From assembly GCA_964016885.1 (NCBI GenBank), contig OZ024756.1:3410001-3474000 (forward strand): a stretch of DNA of 64,000 nt, written 5' to 3'. The stretch's first letter is position 1. Every line of letters begins with the position of its first letter. The notes below the pieces were generated by a model. That model did not search any database. It was given only the letters and a program-made list of their open reading frames with translations, and was not told the origin of the DNA. Positions 17,730 to 31,594 of this stretch are shown piece by piece. The DNA is from Eledone cirrhosa (lineage: Eukaryota). The position numbers and the translations under genes are program-made.

Positions 17730-18340
17730 ACACACACACATACACACATAAACAAACAGCTACACACTACATCGAACATACTACACCAAACACACACACA
17801 TACACTAATAAACAAACAGCTACACACTACATCGAACACATTACACCAAACACACACGGATACACACATAAACAAACAGCTACACACTACATCGAACACA
17901 TTACACCAAACACACACACATACACACATAAAAAAACAGCTACATACAACATCGAATACACGACACCAAACACACACACATACACACATAAACAAACAGC
18001 TACACACTAAATCGAACACACTACACCAAACACACACACATACACACATAAAAAAAAGCTACACACTACGCCAAACACACTATACCAAATATACACACAC
18101 AAATAAACAGCTAAACACACAAATAAACAGCTACACGCACACAAACAAACAATTACACACTACATCAAACACACAAACAAACATCTACACACTATACCAA
18201 ACACACACATACACACATTAACAAACAGCTACACACTACACCAAACACACACTTACACACACAAATAGGTACACACTACACCAAGCACACACACACATAA
18301 ACAAACAGCTACACACTAAACCAAACACACACATACACAC
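17730..18340. repeat. ~60-bp CA-rich minisatellite, degenerating rightward
   Basis: Unit aaacaaacagctacacactacatcgaacacattacaccaaacacacacacatacacacat. Confidence 0.85.
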
Positions 18341-18439
18341 ATATGTGTGTGTGTGTGTGCGTATATATATACACACACAGATGATTTGCGATATTAACAA
18401 GCCGACACAAACACAATCATGAACACATCTCTATCAAAC

Positions 18440-20250
<1,811 letters not shown>

Positions 20251-20416
20251 TTGCTGTATTAACACAAGCCAACACACACAAAAACAGAAATATTGTCAAT
20301 AATTATTAATGCAAAAAAAAAAAAATAATAATAATAATTACTCTAAAGAACCAACACCCCGCGTAAAATGTTGTGTGTATTGTGTGTTTGCACATAAGAC
20401 ATATTTATGAAAGGAA

Positions 20417-20467
<51 letters not shown>

Positions 20468-20859
20468 GTGGAACAATGGAAGGTAATATCCGTAGTGGTA
20501 GAGCACTCAGTCCAAGGGACGAGTTGTCCTCTTCCACTCACTCCGTCGGGTCCATATATATATAGTTAAGGGTTGAAGAGAGAGTAATAGAATTGTAGAG
20601 GGGGAGTGTCTCTATTTCTCTACAGAACTGGAAACATCATTAGCAGACGGCAGCACGAGAACTAGCTAAACAACAACAACAACAACAACAACAAACACAC
20701 CTACAACCACAACATCAACAACAACCAGAATTATAACGACAATAACAACTATAATAATAGCAGTAACCACACAGCCAGAACTATAACAACAACAACAAAC
20801 ACACCTACACAACAATATCAACAACAAGCAGAGTTACGACTACAATAACAAGTACAATA

Positions 20860-21037
20860 ATTGTTTCGACTTTTGGCATAAGGCCAGCAATTATACCAGT
20901 GTATTACTGGTACTTTATTTTATCGACCCCGTAATGATGAAAGGCAAAGTTAACCTCGACGGGATTTGAACTCAGAATGGCAAGGGATGTAACTCTATGC
21001 GTCAAAGCATGGCGTCCGACCCTCTGCCAATACTGTC
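20860..21037 (-). mobile_element. tRNA-derived SINE
   Basis: B-box-like gagttcaaatccc and conserved body tttgcctttcatc...ggggtcgataaaataaagtaccag. Confidence 0.85.
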
Positions 21038-22925
21038 AACAATAATAACAGTAACAACACAACCAGAACTATAACAACAACAACAAACACACCTACAACC
21101 ACAACAACAACCAACATTATAACAACAATAACAACTACAATAGCAGCAGTAACAACACAACCAGAACTATAAGAACAACAACAAACACACCTACAACCAC
21201 AACAACAACCAACATTATAACAACAATAACAACTACAATAGCAGCAGTAACAACACAACCAGAGCTATACCAACAACAACAAACACACCTACAACCACAA
21301 CAACAACCAATATTATAACAACAACAACAACAAACACACCTACAGCCACAACAACAACCAATATTATAACAACAATAACAACTACAATAGCAGCAGTAAC
21401 AACACAACCAGAACTATAAGAACAACAACAAACACACCTACAACCACAACAACAACCAACATTATAACAACAATAACAACTACAATAGCAGCAGTAACAA
21501 CACAACCAGAGCTATACCAACAACAACAAACACACCTACAACCACAACAACAACCAATATTATAACAACAACAACAACAAACACACCTACAACCACAACA
21601 ACAACCAACATTATAACAACAATAACAACTACAATAGCAGCAGTAACAACACAACCAGAGCTATACCAACAACAACAAACACACCTACAACCACAACAAC
21701 AACCAATATTATAACAACAACAACAACAACAAACACACCTACAACCACAACAACAACCAACATTATAACAACAATAACAACTACAATAGCAGCAGTAACA
21801 TCACAACCAGAACTATACCAACAACAACAAACACACCTACAACCACAACAACAACCAACATTATAACAACAACAACAACAAACACACCTACAACCACAAC
21901 AACAACCAACATTATAACAACAATAACAACTACAATAGCAGCAGTAACAACACAACCAGAGCTATACCAACAACAACAAACACACCTACAACCACAACAA
22001 CAACCAATATTATAACAACAACAACAACAACAAACACACCTACAACCACAACAACAACCAACATTATAACAACAATAACAACTACAATAGCAGCAGTAAC
22101 ATCACAACCAGAACTATACCAACAACAACAAACACACCTACAACCACAACAACAACCAACATTATAACAACAACAACAACAAACACACCTACAACCACAA
22201 CAACAACCAACATTATAACAACAATAACAACTACAATAGCAGCAGTAACAACACAACCAGAGCTATACCAACAACAACAAACACACCTACAACCACAACA
22301 ACAACCAATATTATAACAACAACAACAACAACAAACACACCTACAACCACAACAACAACCAACATTATAACAACAATAACAACTACAATAGCAGCAGTAA
22401 CATCACAACCAGAACTATACCAACAACAACAAACACACCTACAACCACAACAACAACCAACATTATAACAACAACAACAACAAACACACCTACAACCACA
22501 ACAACAACCAACATTATAACAACAATAACAACTACAATAGCAGCAGTAACAACACAACCAGAGCTATACCAACAACAACAAACACACCTACAACCACAAC
22601 AACAACCAACATTATAACAACAATAACAACTACAATAGCAGCAGTAACATCACAACCAGAACTATACCAACAACAACAAACACACCTACAACCACAACAA
22701 CAACCAACATTATAACAACAATAACAACTACAATAGCAGCAGTAACAACACAACCAGAGCTATACCAACAACAACAAACACACCTACAACCACAACAACA
22801 ACCAACATTATAACAACAATAACAACTACAATAGCAGCAGTAACATCACAACCAGAACTATACCAACAACAACAAACACACCTACAACCACAACATCAAC
22901 AACAACCAGAGTTATGACAACAATC

Positions 22926-23912
22926 TTTTCTTGGTTGTCCATCGTAAACGAAGATGACATCTTATTGTTGTTCCCGTCTGCCGTAGGCACGAAGGTGGCT
23001 GTGGAGGCCGATCCTTGACTTGCAAGTCCGGGGACAGTGGGGGGAAGGGGAAGAGACCGGAGTCAGACTGACAACTCCCAGAGGTGATCTCCACCTGTTA
23101 CTTCCACCTCTCGCCCATCGCCGCAGGGCCTTGGGAGTGCACGCTGAAGAAGAAACCTGTGCGGGAAAGGTTTATAGTGGGGGGAGGGCCAGTGCACAGT
23201 CACGGTCCCACTCACTCGGCCGCAGATTCCAGAATCCGGTGGTACTGAGGACCGTCACGACCAGGGACTTCCTTGGCTGCAGTGGATGGCCACGACGTCT
23301 GTAGTGCATTGCCGTGCCCTAGCGCTCCACACCGCTTGCTGTCCCCGCCTTCGTGACCATTGGGACGATGTTGTCCTCCCCCACTCACTCTGCCGGGTTC
23401 AGTCTTTGCATGCAAGGGCAGGCATCCCCCCGCATCCTAACTCACCGGGGAGTTTCAGACCCGTCCGGCTACTCTCAGCCTGGTTCGGCCCGCCAGCCAA
23501 GGCGGTTTACTGGGGTGTGGCCGCTGTCGCATGCTACAGCTTCTTGGGGCCACAGGTGAGAGCTGAGTGTCAGGTGGGACCCAACGCAGGACGAGCTGTC
23601 CTGAAAAGGGCATGGCTAACCCTCCCTACAGAGGTACATGCCCCTCCCTGACACCCCAGGCATATACACATGCATATACATACACATACATATGTACATG
23701 TGTATATACATATTTACACGTGTTTAGATGGCCGTCGACTCTTATTATTTCCTCAGCTCTTTGTCAAGTTTTGTTCTGTTGTCCTGCAGGGTGTCCAAAC
23801 TCACCCTCCTCACCAAGTAAACTTGGTGGGGTTGCCAGTTTAGTCGCCGACGACCCGACCATGTGACAGATTGTAATGGTTTACATGTTACCAGTAGCAC
23901 TCAAGAGTAACT
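22926..23912 (-). mobile_element. Internally deleted (bipartite) RTE-derived non-autonomous element
   Basis: 3' part encodes PHCPRTCKSRIGLHSHLRA (RTE C-terminal Zn-finger-like motif) followed by a short 3' UTR; no RT; possible TSD tgacaacaat/tgataacaat. Confidence 0.6.
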
Positions 23913-24027
23913 TGATAACAATAACAACTACAATAACAGCAGTAACAACACAACCAAAACTATAACAACAACAACCACAACAACAACAACAATAACATAA
24001 CAACAAGAACACCAACAATAATAATAA

Positions 24028-24130
24028 TTGTTTCTACTTTTGGCACAAGGCCAGCAATTATCCAGTACATTACTGGTACTTTATTTTATCGACCCCGTAA
24101 GGATGAAAGGCAAAGTTAACCTCGGCGGGA
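24028..24130 (-). mobile_element. SINE, 5'-truncated
   Basis: Same body and tail as the other copies. Confidence 0.8.
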
Positions 24131-24472
24131 ATAATAAGTTGGTCTGTAGGTGTCAGGAAGACACTCGGCATATATCTCAGAAACAATAATGAAAGAAAAT
24201 AGCAATAATAATAATAATGATTTCATTTATTGGCCACAAGGGCCGACATATAGGGGACAACACAATAGACAGGGACAGTGGGGGTTTACATAGAGATCGA
24301 GTAAGTATAAATAACAAAAAAAACAAAATAACAATAAAAATACAACAATGAAAGTTCCCCAATAAGAGGGATCACCACCCAGGGTTGACTCAAGCACCCC
24401 ACCAGTCCTGAGCCACCCGACGCTCCTAGGGCACCCGGGAAGGGCACCCCTCTCCTTCTCGAATTCACCAGC

Positions 24473-27400
24473 CTACAGGCGCATGATCAGAGTAGGCCCA
24501 CTCACGCGGGCCATTCTCGCCACATTCACCCACCTTTCAGTAAATGTACTGGGGGGCAGCACTTCTCTCTCCACCCTCACCTTCCTTTCCAAGTGAAACT
24601 TGAAGAAGTTGATGAGGGATTGGCCGAAGAGAAAAGTGTCTGTCTTCAGTCCTTTCAACCTGGTCCACCATGCAACCTCTTTCGCTACTGCCACCAGGCA
24701 GAGGAAAATTGCCTGCCCTTCCTGACCAAAAGAAGGCGGCGGGTCAATCTTCATTATGGACTCGGACGATAGCCGGATCCGTTCTACACGCGACAATAGC
24801 TGTTCGACATAACCCCACAAGTCAGCAATGCACGGACACTGGACGAGTGCGTGCAGAACGGTTTCGTCGCTCTGCGCGCATCTCGGGCAGGTTCGTCTGA
24901 CAGCACTTCCGTGCCTGTAGAGTTTATCCCGAACCGGCAGCGCCCCCCGGTAGCACTGCCAAGCGAGGGATTTCTGGAAGTTATCCATCGTCCCCGGCTC
25001 GAAAGTCCTCCGGAACATACTGGTCAGTTCTACTTCGTTGACGCCCAGAGCCTCTCCTAGTACGTCATCGCACTTGCCCTCCACTAATCCTCTATAGAAA
25101 TCTTGAGTGGAAGTTCCACTGACCGCATTGCCCACCTTGCAGAGTGCAGTGAGCGCCTGGCAACATTCCAGATGCCAGTCGCCCAGTCTCGGTCTCTTCT
25201 TGACCCAGGACTGCAGCTCAGTCAAAGAGATGAGCTGCGGAAAGGCCCGTCTAACAAACGGCGACCACACCTGTTCACCGTTTAGGCAAAATATCTGGAG
25301 ATGTCGCAGCCTCAGCGCATGTCTGCGCATCATTAGCCACGGCATGCCCAGCCCTCCACGAAGAGGGTGCTGGCAGCAGATGGACCGCCTCACCAACGGG
25401 ACCCGTCCCCTCCACAAAAATTTGAAAAGGAGCCGTTCCAAATTGGCGAGGCGTGGACGGGGGCAAGGCACGACGGTCAGGCGGTAGTAGATGACGGACG
25501 CGATGTACGCGTTCGCCACCTCCGCCCGCCCTTTCAGTGATAGCTTTCTCTCAGCCCATTTCTGGGTGAGGTTGGCTATCCTGCTCGTCACCTCGTCCCA
25601 ATTCTTATCCACCTGGAGGTCTGGTCCGAACCAAACCCCGAGCAACTTTACCGGTCCGTCTGTCCAGCGCCCAACGACGCTGTTGGACGGCATGGACTTG
25701 CCTCTCCAGGTGCCGAGCTGCAAGCCCACCGACTTTTCCGGGTTAAGTTTTGCTCCCGTCAACCTTTCATATTCCTCCAAATGGGTGCGGATCACCTCGA
25801 TTTCCGAGGTGTCCGACACCATCACGGTGATGTCGTCTGCATAAGCGGACGCAGCCTTTCTACGTCCCGGTTCGAGCGGGATGCCCTGCAACAACTCCAG
25901 CTTCCGCAGTAGAGGCTCAAGAGTCAATACGTACAGAAGTGAGGAGAGAGGGCACCCTTGACGGACCGATCGAGAGATCTGAAACGGTTCCGAGAGGTGG
26001 CCATTAACTTTGACCACCGAGCGGATGCCGCTGTACATTGCAGCGATCCAGCTTCTGAAGACGGGGCCGAAGCCAGCCGCCTCGAGGACAGCCTCCAAGT
26101 ACCGATGGTCGACCCTATCGAATGCTTTCGATTGATCTAAATTGATCAGAGCCCCACCGAAGCCAGGTTTGCACCCAACCCTCTCTATGATGTATCGCAT
26201 GAGGTGGAGGTTGTCGTGTATGGACCTGGTCGGGATTGCGCAAGTTTGCGCCTCCCCAACCAAATCTTTGACGACAAGCGCCAACCTTTTCGCTAACACC
26301 TTGGCCAAAATCTTAAACTCTGTGTTGAGCAGGGTTATGGGCCTGAAATTATCTAGTGTGTCCCTCTTGTTCTCGTCTTTCCTTATCAGCGTCACTACGC
26401 CACGGCTCACAGAACTGGGAATGCTCCCGTTCTGCTGCCAGTTGCAGTAGAGCGCTTCGAGGAGATCGGAGAACAAGTCTGGCATATTTACGTAAAGCTC
26501 GTAGGGCAGACCATCCAAACCGGGTGACTTGCGACTCGAGCAGCCGACAAGGGCGTCCTGAATTTCGGCTGATGTTATCGGCTCTTCGCAGCGCTCAGCG
26601 TCGGCCGTCGAGAGGCGTGGCAAGCCGTCGAGGTAGGGACTGAAGTCCGCCGCCATCTCCGACTCACCCATCCTCCCGAACAATCGAGCAAAGTGCTGGC
26701 GAAAGGCCTCACACATCTGCTTGGAATCGCTCAGTTCGTGTCCATCTCGATCCGTCAAAGACCGAATTGTGGTTTTATTTCCACGCTGCGTCTCTGCAAA
26801 GCGAGCCCATCGGGCAGCTTTGGTTCCCTCGTTCCTCAGAGCACGCGCCTTAGCTCTGACAATGAAACCTTCGTGTTTCGCATTGAAGAAATGGTCTAGT
26901 GCCATTCTCGCCGCTAGCACGTCTGTTGCAATGCCACTACAAATAGCCTCGTCTAACTTAGCTATCAGCCCCTCCTCCTTTCTATTTTTCTCTATTGCTA
27001 CTTCTTTGCTAAATCCTATCGAGGTTGCTCTAATCTCTCTTTTGAGAGCCCCCCACCACCTGTTGTTGACAACCCCCCCTGTCAACTTTTGCTTAACTAA
27101 GTTGTTGACCCGGTCCCTGTAAGCTTTACGTGCCGGAAACGACATGTTTAGCTTCCAGTAGCTAGGTCCTAACCTACGTGTCTTATCTAGGTCGACCATA
27201 CAGATCACAAGCTTGTGATCTGAATAGGCAACCGTTTTAAAATGTGGACATCCTACACTATTTCTATCTCTTTTCCTAATGAAAATCCTATCTATGTACG
27301 ATCTAGATGACCCTATGCGATTGGTCCAGGTCCATACTGGCGCATTAGGGAAATCTAGTCGGTACCTGTCAGACAGTTGAAACTGGCTGATCAGGTACTT

Positions 27401-27892
27401 GAGGCTTTTGCACCCCCCGCTCCTATCAGATACTCCCACACAATCCCAGCGTGCTTCTAAGATGCCATTCCAATCCCCTATTAACAGTAAAGGGCGAGAC
27501 GTAAGCAGAAAGTTTTCCAGGCGCCTAAAGAAGTCCGGCCGACCGGCCCCAGTAGGGGCGTAGACGGCCACCAGTCTAAAGGCACCACCTTCGCTATTGC
27601 TCACGTCCAGGACCACCAACTTTCCGTCAGGATCCCGGAAGATTGACCTTACCTCGAGATCCAGACATTTCCTAAACAGCACAGCCACTCCACCTCCCAT
27701 TCCCGGCCGACTAACAGATGCAAAGATCTGATAATCGTCGAAAATCGGCGCCAGTGCGCGTGTGTCGGAAATTCTGGTCTCGCTGATGGCAATTACATCC
27801 ATTCCTAGTGACCTGAGGTCGTTGAGCAAGTGACCTTGCTTCCAGGGCGACCCCAGGCCACGAACATTTAAACTTCCTACTCTTATGGCCAT
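24473..27892 (-). CDS. ORF2: APE endonuclease + reverse transcriptase + C-terminal zinc-binding domain (1139 aa, uninterrupted)
   Basis: SLNVRGL, ISET, GDWN, SYIDRIF, SDH (APE); SPGLDGLP, FRPITLLN, DQSKAFDRVDH, VRQGCPLS, YADD (RT); CPRC..ETVLHALVQC. Confidence 0.95.
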   Translation of the reverse strand: MAIRVGSLNVRGLGSPWKQGHLLNDLRSLGMDVIAISETRISDTRALAPIFDDYQIFASVSRPGMGGGVAVLFRKCLDLEVRSIFRDPDGKLVVLDVSNSEGGAFRLVAVYAPTGAGRPDFFRRLENFLLTSRPLLLIGDWNGILEARWDCVGVSDRSGGCKSLKYLISQFQLSDRYRLDFPNAPVWTWTNRIGSSRSYIDRIFIRKRDRNSVGCPHFKTVAYSDHKLVICMVDLDKTRRLGPSYWKLNMSFPARKAYRDRVNNLVKQKLTGGVVNNRWWGALKREIRATSIGFSKEVAIEKNRKEEGLIAKLDEAICSGIATDVLAARMALDHFFNAKHEGFIVRAKARALRNEGTKAARWARFAETQRGNKTTIRSLTDRDGHELSDSKQMCEAFRQHFARLFGRMGESEMAADFSPYLDGLPRLSTADAERCEEPITSAEIQDALVGCSSRKSPGLDGLPYELYVNMPDLFSDLLEALYCNWQQNGSIPSSVSRGVVTLIRKDENKRDTLDNFRPITLLNTEFKILAKVLAKRLALVVKDLVGEAQTCAIPTRSIHDNLHLMRYIIERVGCKPGFGGALINLDQSKAFDRVDHRYLEAVLEAAGFGPVFRSWIAAMYSGIRSVVKVNGHLSEPFQISRSVRQGCPLSSLLYVLTLEPLLRKLELLQGIPLEPGRRKAASAYADDITVMVSDTSEIEVIRTHLEEYERLTGAKLNPEKSVGLQLGTWRGKSMPSNSVVGRWTDGPVKLLGVWFGPDLQVDKNWDEVTSRIANLTQKWAERKLSLKGRAEVANAYIASVIYYRLTVVPCPRPRLANLERLLFKFLWRGRVPLVRRSICCQHPLRGGLGMPWLMMRRHALRLRHLQIFCLNGEQVWSPFVRRAFPQLISLTELQSWVKKRPRLGDWHLECCQALTALCKVGNAVSGTSTQDFYRGLVEGKCDDVLGEALGVNEVELTSMFRRTFEPGTMDNFQKSLAWQCYRGALPVRDKLYRHGSAVRRTCPRCAQSDETVLHALVQCPCIADLWGYVEQLLSRVERIRLSSESIMKIDPPPSFGQEGQAIFLCLVAVAKEVAWWTRLKGLKTDTFLFGQSLINFFKFHLERKVRVEREVLPPSTFTERWVNVARMARVSGPTLIMRL

Positions 27893-27921
27893 GCTGGCAG
27901 GATGAATGGGAGAGGAAAGGT

Positions 27922-29832
27922 TTACTTACCTTCCGGGGTCTTGTGAAGGTCGGGTGGTTCGACCTCCATGGTTTGTGGGGTTTCTTTTGGGAACCCCTTT
28001 AATAGTCTTGACGTGGGTTTTACGTTCGGGGTTCCCACATCCCGAGGAAAGCTCTTTCGAAATTCTTTGTATGAAGCGAGCGACATTCGCATCAGAAGCA
28101 AATTATCTGGTACGCGAAATGTGCTCGCTTCAAATGTTTCCCCGTCTTTTTCGATGTTTGTGCTTCGTGCTACATGGGCCATCAATTCTTTGTTGGCCCT
28201 TCTGGCAAGCACGAAGTTTTTAATGTTTTGTTGCTCGGGTTTTATTTGTTCGTGTGATTGTGGTGGTGATAGCTTTGTTAGTGTTGTTTCTATTGTGTCT
28301 GCGTTTGTTGTGGGTGGGGTGTCTGTAGTTTCTGATGTTTGTGTGTCTATTTGTTCTTGTGTCTGTTTAGCTTGTTTGCGTTTGGGGGATTTTGGTGGTT
28401 GTGTTGGTGATGCTGTGGGGAAAATGTTTGTGTGGGTGGTGTGTGTATTTTCTTTTGTGGGGGTGTTTGTGCTTTGTGGATTTCTTTTTTTTTTGTGTTT
28501 TGTTTTTTGTATTTTGGGGGACTTTGGTTTTCCCTCATCTTCACTGCTGGAGGATGAGGGGTCTGTGGCTGTGAGCGTGTTTGTGTCTGAGTGAGTGTTT
28601 ATGTTCTTGTTCGTGTGTGTATTTTTGGGGGGAGGGGGAATGGGAGAGCTTTCCTCGTTTCCCCCCTGGGTGTGCAATTTTGGTGGTTCCATTGTTGACG
28701 GTGTTGCTGGTGGTCCTTGTCCCGGCGTCGCCAGCAGTGGAATCTTTCGACCCCTTGCGCTTTTCGGCAGTTGAGGGCAGAAGGCTCGCAAGTGTGTCGT
28801 TTCCCCACAAAGGAAACAATGCGGCCTTTTGCCCTCAGTCATTATATGCAACACCCTCCCGTTTTGGAGGCGGATGTGGTCCGAGATTGCTTTCACGTTT
28901 TCGGGTCTGATTTGGAGCAGTATCTCCAGATCAACCCCGGACCAGTCGTCCCTGGCAGTTCTCGTTGCCTCTACCGGGACTGTATCCGTTCCTTCCACGA
29001 TTACGCAACCCAGGAGCCACCACATATCAAGTCCTGGTGGAATCCTGGGAATGCGCACACGTGCTATTCGTTTTCCCATGTGGGAGGGGTACATTATGAC
29101 CTTGCTGGTTTTGCAAGGGGTCATTGAATGCTTCACAGCGAGGGCTTCAGACTTGAACAGCACCGAAACGGTGCCGTATTGCCTGCCCCTCTCTATGAAG
29201 TCTGTGTCCTCTCTGATGTATTTCAGTGCGGCTTCTATGTCAGCTTGGGCGATTATCGCTGCCCTCTTTGTCTCTACTGAGATGCATCTGAAATGCACCG
29301 TTCTTTTTTCCACTGCCTCAATGGCTTCTGCCGGGACAGTTAAGTTTGCCCAGGTCTGCTCTTGATTTATGATTTTCCAGGCCTGGGCCAACTTTTCCTC
29401 TCTGTTGGTTAAGTCGATGCTGTAGCATGGTCTCCTTTTAGCCGCTGCCACAGCAGCGAAAGTGTTCTTGTTGGTGTTGTCACTGTTGTTGTTCTTGTTG
29501 GTGTTGCTGCTGCTATTGCTGTTGTTGTTCTCCCCTGTGTCGTGGTTACCTTCTGTGCTGTTGGCCTTGTTGGTGCTGCTGCTGTCGCTACTATTACTCT
29601 CTGTGCTGTTCGTTTTGTTGGTGCTCTCGCTATTACCACCTTCTGCGCTGTTCGGCTTGTTGGTGTTGGTGTTGTCGCTGTTACCACCTTCCGCGCCGCT
29701 CGGCCCGTTGGTGCTGGCACTGTCGCTGCTCACATTCGTGCTGGTGGCGCTCCTCGCCTCACCTCTCCTCTCAACGCTCAAGTCGCCGTTGCACGACAGC
29801 AGACCCGCCTCTAGGGGGCGTGGCTCCGCCAT
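27922..29832 (-). CDS. ORF1: nucleic-acid-binding protein with CCHC zinc knuckle (636 aa)
   Basis: CFLCGETTHLRAFC knuckle, TFAAVAA motif, position directly upstream of ORF2. Confidence 0.88.
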   Translation of the reverse strand: MAEPRPLEAGLLSCNGDLSVERRGEARSATSTNVSSDSASTNGPSGAEGGNSDNTNTNKPNSAEGGNSESTNKTNSTESNSSDSSSTNKANSTEGNHDTGENNNSNSSSNTNKNNNSDNTNKNTFAAVAAAKRRPCYSIDLTNREEKLAQAWKIINQEQTWANLTVPAEAIEAVEKRTVHFRCISVETKRAAIIAQADIEAALKYIREDTDFIERGRQYGTVSVLFKSEALAVKHSMTPCKTSKVIMYPSHMGKRIARVRIPRIPPGLDMWWLLGCVIVEGTDTVPVEATRTARDDWSGVDLEILLQIRPENVKAISDHIRLQNGRVLHIMTEGKRPHCFLCGETTHLRAFCPQLPKSARGRKIPLLATPGQGPPATPSTMEPPKLHTQGGNEESSPIPPPPKNTHTNKNINTHSDTNTLTATDPSSSSSEDEGKPKSPKIQKTKHKKKRNPQSTNTPTKENTHTTHTNIFPTASPTQPPKSPKRKQAKQTQEQIDTQTSETTDTPPTTNADTIETTLTKLSPPQSHEQIKPEQQNIKNFVLARRANKELMAHVARSTNIEKDGETFEASTFRVPDNLLLMRMSLASYKEFRKSFPRDVGTPNVKPTSRLLKGFPKETPQTMEVEPPDLHKTPEGK

Positions 29833-30060
29833 GTTTTTTTGAGAAAAAAATTATTTTTTTTTTTTCAAAATAAAGTTCAAATATTTGGGCCAAAAGGCCC
29901 AAATATTATGAGTTATTCCTTCACAGGATACAAATTAATGTCTTATAATGCTTCAGCGGTACAAAAAATAAACAATTCTCTACAATTAATCCTCAAAAAT
30001 TGCTTACTCACGGAGCTTCAAAAAACGTACATCCACTTTCGTCAATAATAATAATAATAA

Positions 30061-30541
30061 TGCTTTCTTTATTAACCACAAGGGTTGGCACAAAGTATAA
30101 CATTAAGGACAACACAGGACAACACAGGACAACACAGGACGGCATTTCTGCGTCTAAAAAAAAAAAAAAATAGAGTGTGACAAAAGGAAACAATGAAAAA
30201 TTCCCAATAGGGAGGCGACCTCTGAGGGTTGCTCGTGGAGAAAGCCCTCACGAAAAGCCACGGTTATCCTGACCGCTAGGGAAAATGCCCTCTTCCAGTT
30301 TTCCTCCTACAATGCTACAGGCACACGATCAGGGTAGACCCATTCACACGGGACATTCTTGTCCACCTTTCAACAAACTTCCCTCTCCACCCTGATTTTC
30401 CTTTTCAGGTGAAACCTGAAAAAGTTAATGAGGGCTTCACTGAAGAGGAAAATACCGGTCTTCAACCCTTTCAGACGTGTCCACCATACAATCTCTTTTA
30501 CCATGGCCACCAGGCTGATAAAAACTGCTTGCCCTTCTCGG
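30061..30541 (-). mobile_element. 3' fragment of a related Tx1 family
   Basis: EGQAVFISLVAMVKEIVWWTRLKGLKT matches the ORF2 C-terminus; similar 3' end cccttgtggttaataaagaaagc(ATT)n. Confidence 0.9.
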
Positions 30542-30548
30542 CTAATAA

Positions 30549-30692
30549 TTGTTTCTAATTTAGGCACAAGGCCAGCAATTACCCAGTGCATTACTGGTAC
30601 TTTATTTTATCGACCCCGTAAGGATGAAAGACAAAGTCAACCTCGGCGGGATTTGAACTCAGATCGTAAAGGGACGTAACTATGCTGGAAAG
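30549..30692 (-). mobile_element. SINE, 5'-truncated
   Basis: Nearly identical to 40624-40770. Confidence 0.85.
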
Positions 30693-30696
30693 CTAA

Positions 30697-31197
30697 TAAT
30701 GAGAAGTGGTATGAGCAAAAGCCAGAGTCGGTGATAGAAAATGATTAAGTGAAGATGCTATGGGATTTTAGGATACAGACGGACAAGAAATTAGAACACA
30801 ATAGGCCTGACCTGGTGGTTTTTGACAAGGAAACAAGATCGTGCCTGATTGTAGATGTAGCCTGCCCATGTGACACGAGAGTGCAAGAAAAGATGAGGGA
30901 GAAAATTAACCGACACCAGGATTTAAAGTGGGAGTTAAAAAGGATTTGGAACTGTCATGAGATCAAGGTCGTCCTGATTGTCATAGGCGCATTAGGTACT
31001 ATCTCAAAGAGTTTCAAAGGATGGTTAAAGAAGATTAGTACAGCCCCGCTTTTTGGAACACTTCAAAATGCATGCTTGCTGGGAACAGCAAGAACCCTCC
31101 GATACGTCCTTAATATCTGAGGCTGCAGGTAGCGGCTTGATATTCATTTCAACAAACTTTCCAGTTAAATAACATCAATGACTGAGATTCCAAGAAC
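30697..31197 (+). mobile_element. R4/Dong-clade retrotransposon 3' fragment (restriction-like endonuclease)
   Basis: KWYEQKPE..LWDFRIQTD..HNRPDLVV..IVDVACP..EK..IVIGALG; followed by (AAT)n. Confidence 0.85.
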
Positions 31198-31377
31198 AAT
31201 AATAATAATAATGGTAACAAGAATATAATAATAATAATAGTAATAATAATAACAGCAACAACAACAACAGAGACAGTTATAATGACAATTACTACTACAA
31301 AGACAATAATATTTAGAGCAACGAACAGAACAACAACTACTACTACTACTACTACAACAACAACCGGAACTATAATG

Positions 31378-31594
31378 GTTTCTTATATAGGCACAAGGTC
31401 AGTATATTTTGGGGGGAGGGGGAAGTCGATTAAATCGACCCCAGTGCGTGACTGGTACTTTATTCTATCGACCCCGTAAGGATGAAAGGAAAGGTTAACC
31501 TCGGCGGGATTTGATCTCAGATCATAAAGGGCTGTAACTCTATGCTGCAAAGCATGTCGTCCGACCCTCTACCGATACTGCCAATCCACCGCCC
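31378..31594 (-). mobile_element. tRNA-derived SINE (long-tail variant)
   Basis: Starts gggcggtggattggcagtatcggtagag; homologous to 44005-44217. Confidence 0.85.

Larger units (their letters stand above)
20650..24025. repeat. AAC-rich compound satellite (98- and ~51-bp subunits, 301-bp higher-order repeat) interrupted by a SINE and an RTE derivative
   Basis: Identical pseudo-ORFs at 21629, 21930 and 22231 (301-bp spacing). Confidence 0.9.
24204..30043 (-). mobile_element. Full-length Tx1-clade (L1 group) non-LTR retrotransposon
   Basis: ~210-bp 5' UTR, ORF1, 29-bp spacer, ORF2, 3' UTR ending aataaatgaaatc(ATT)n; (AAT)n on both flanks. Confidence 0.9.

Noticed and set aside
20995-22753. Cys-rich metallothionein-like ORFs
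   Set aside because: Reverse-strand translation of the AAC-rich satellite
24670-29842. Antisense and alternate-frame ORFs within Tx1
   Set aside because: Shadow ORFs of GC-rich coding sequence with no motifs
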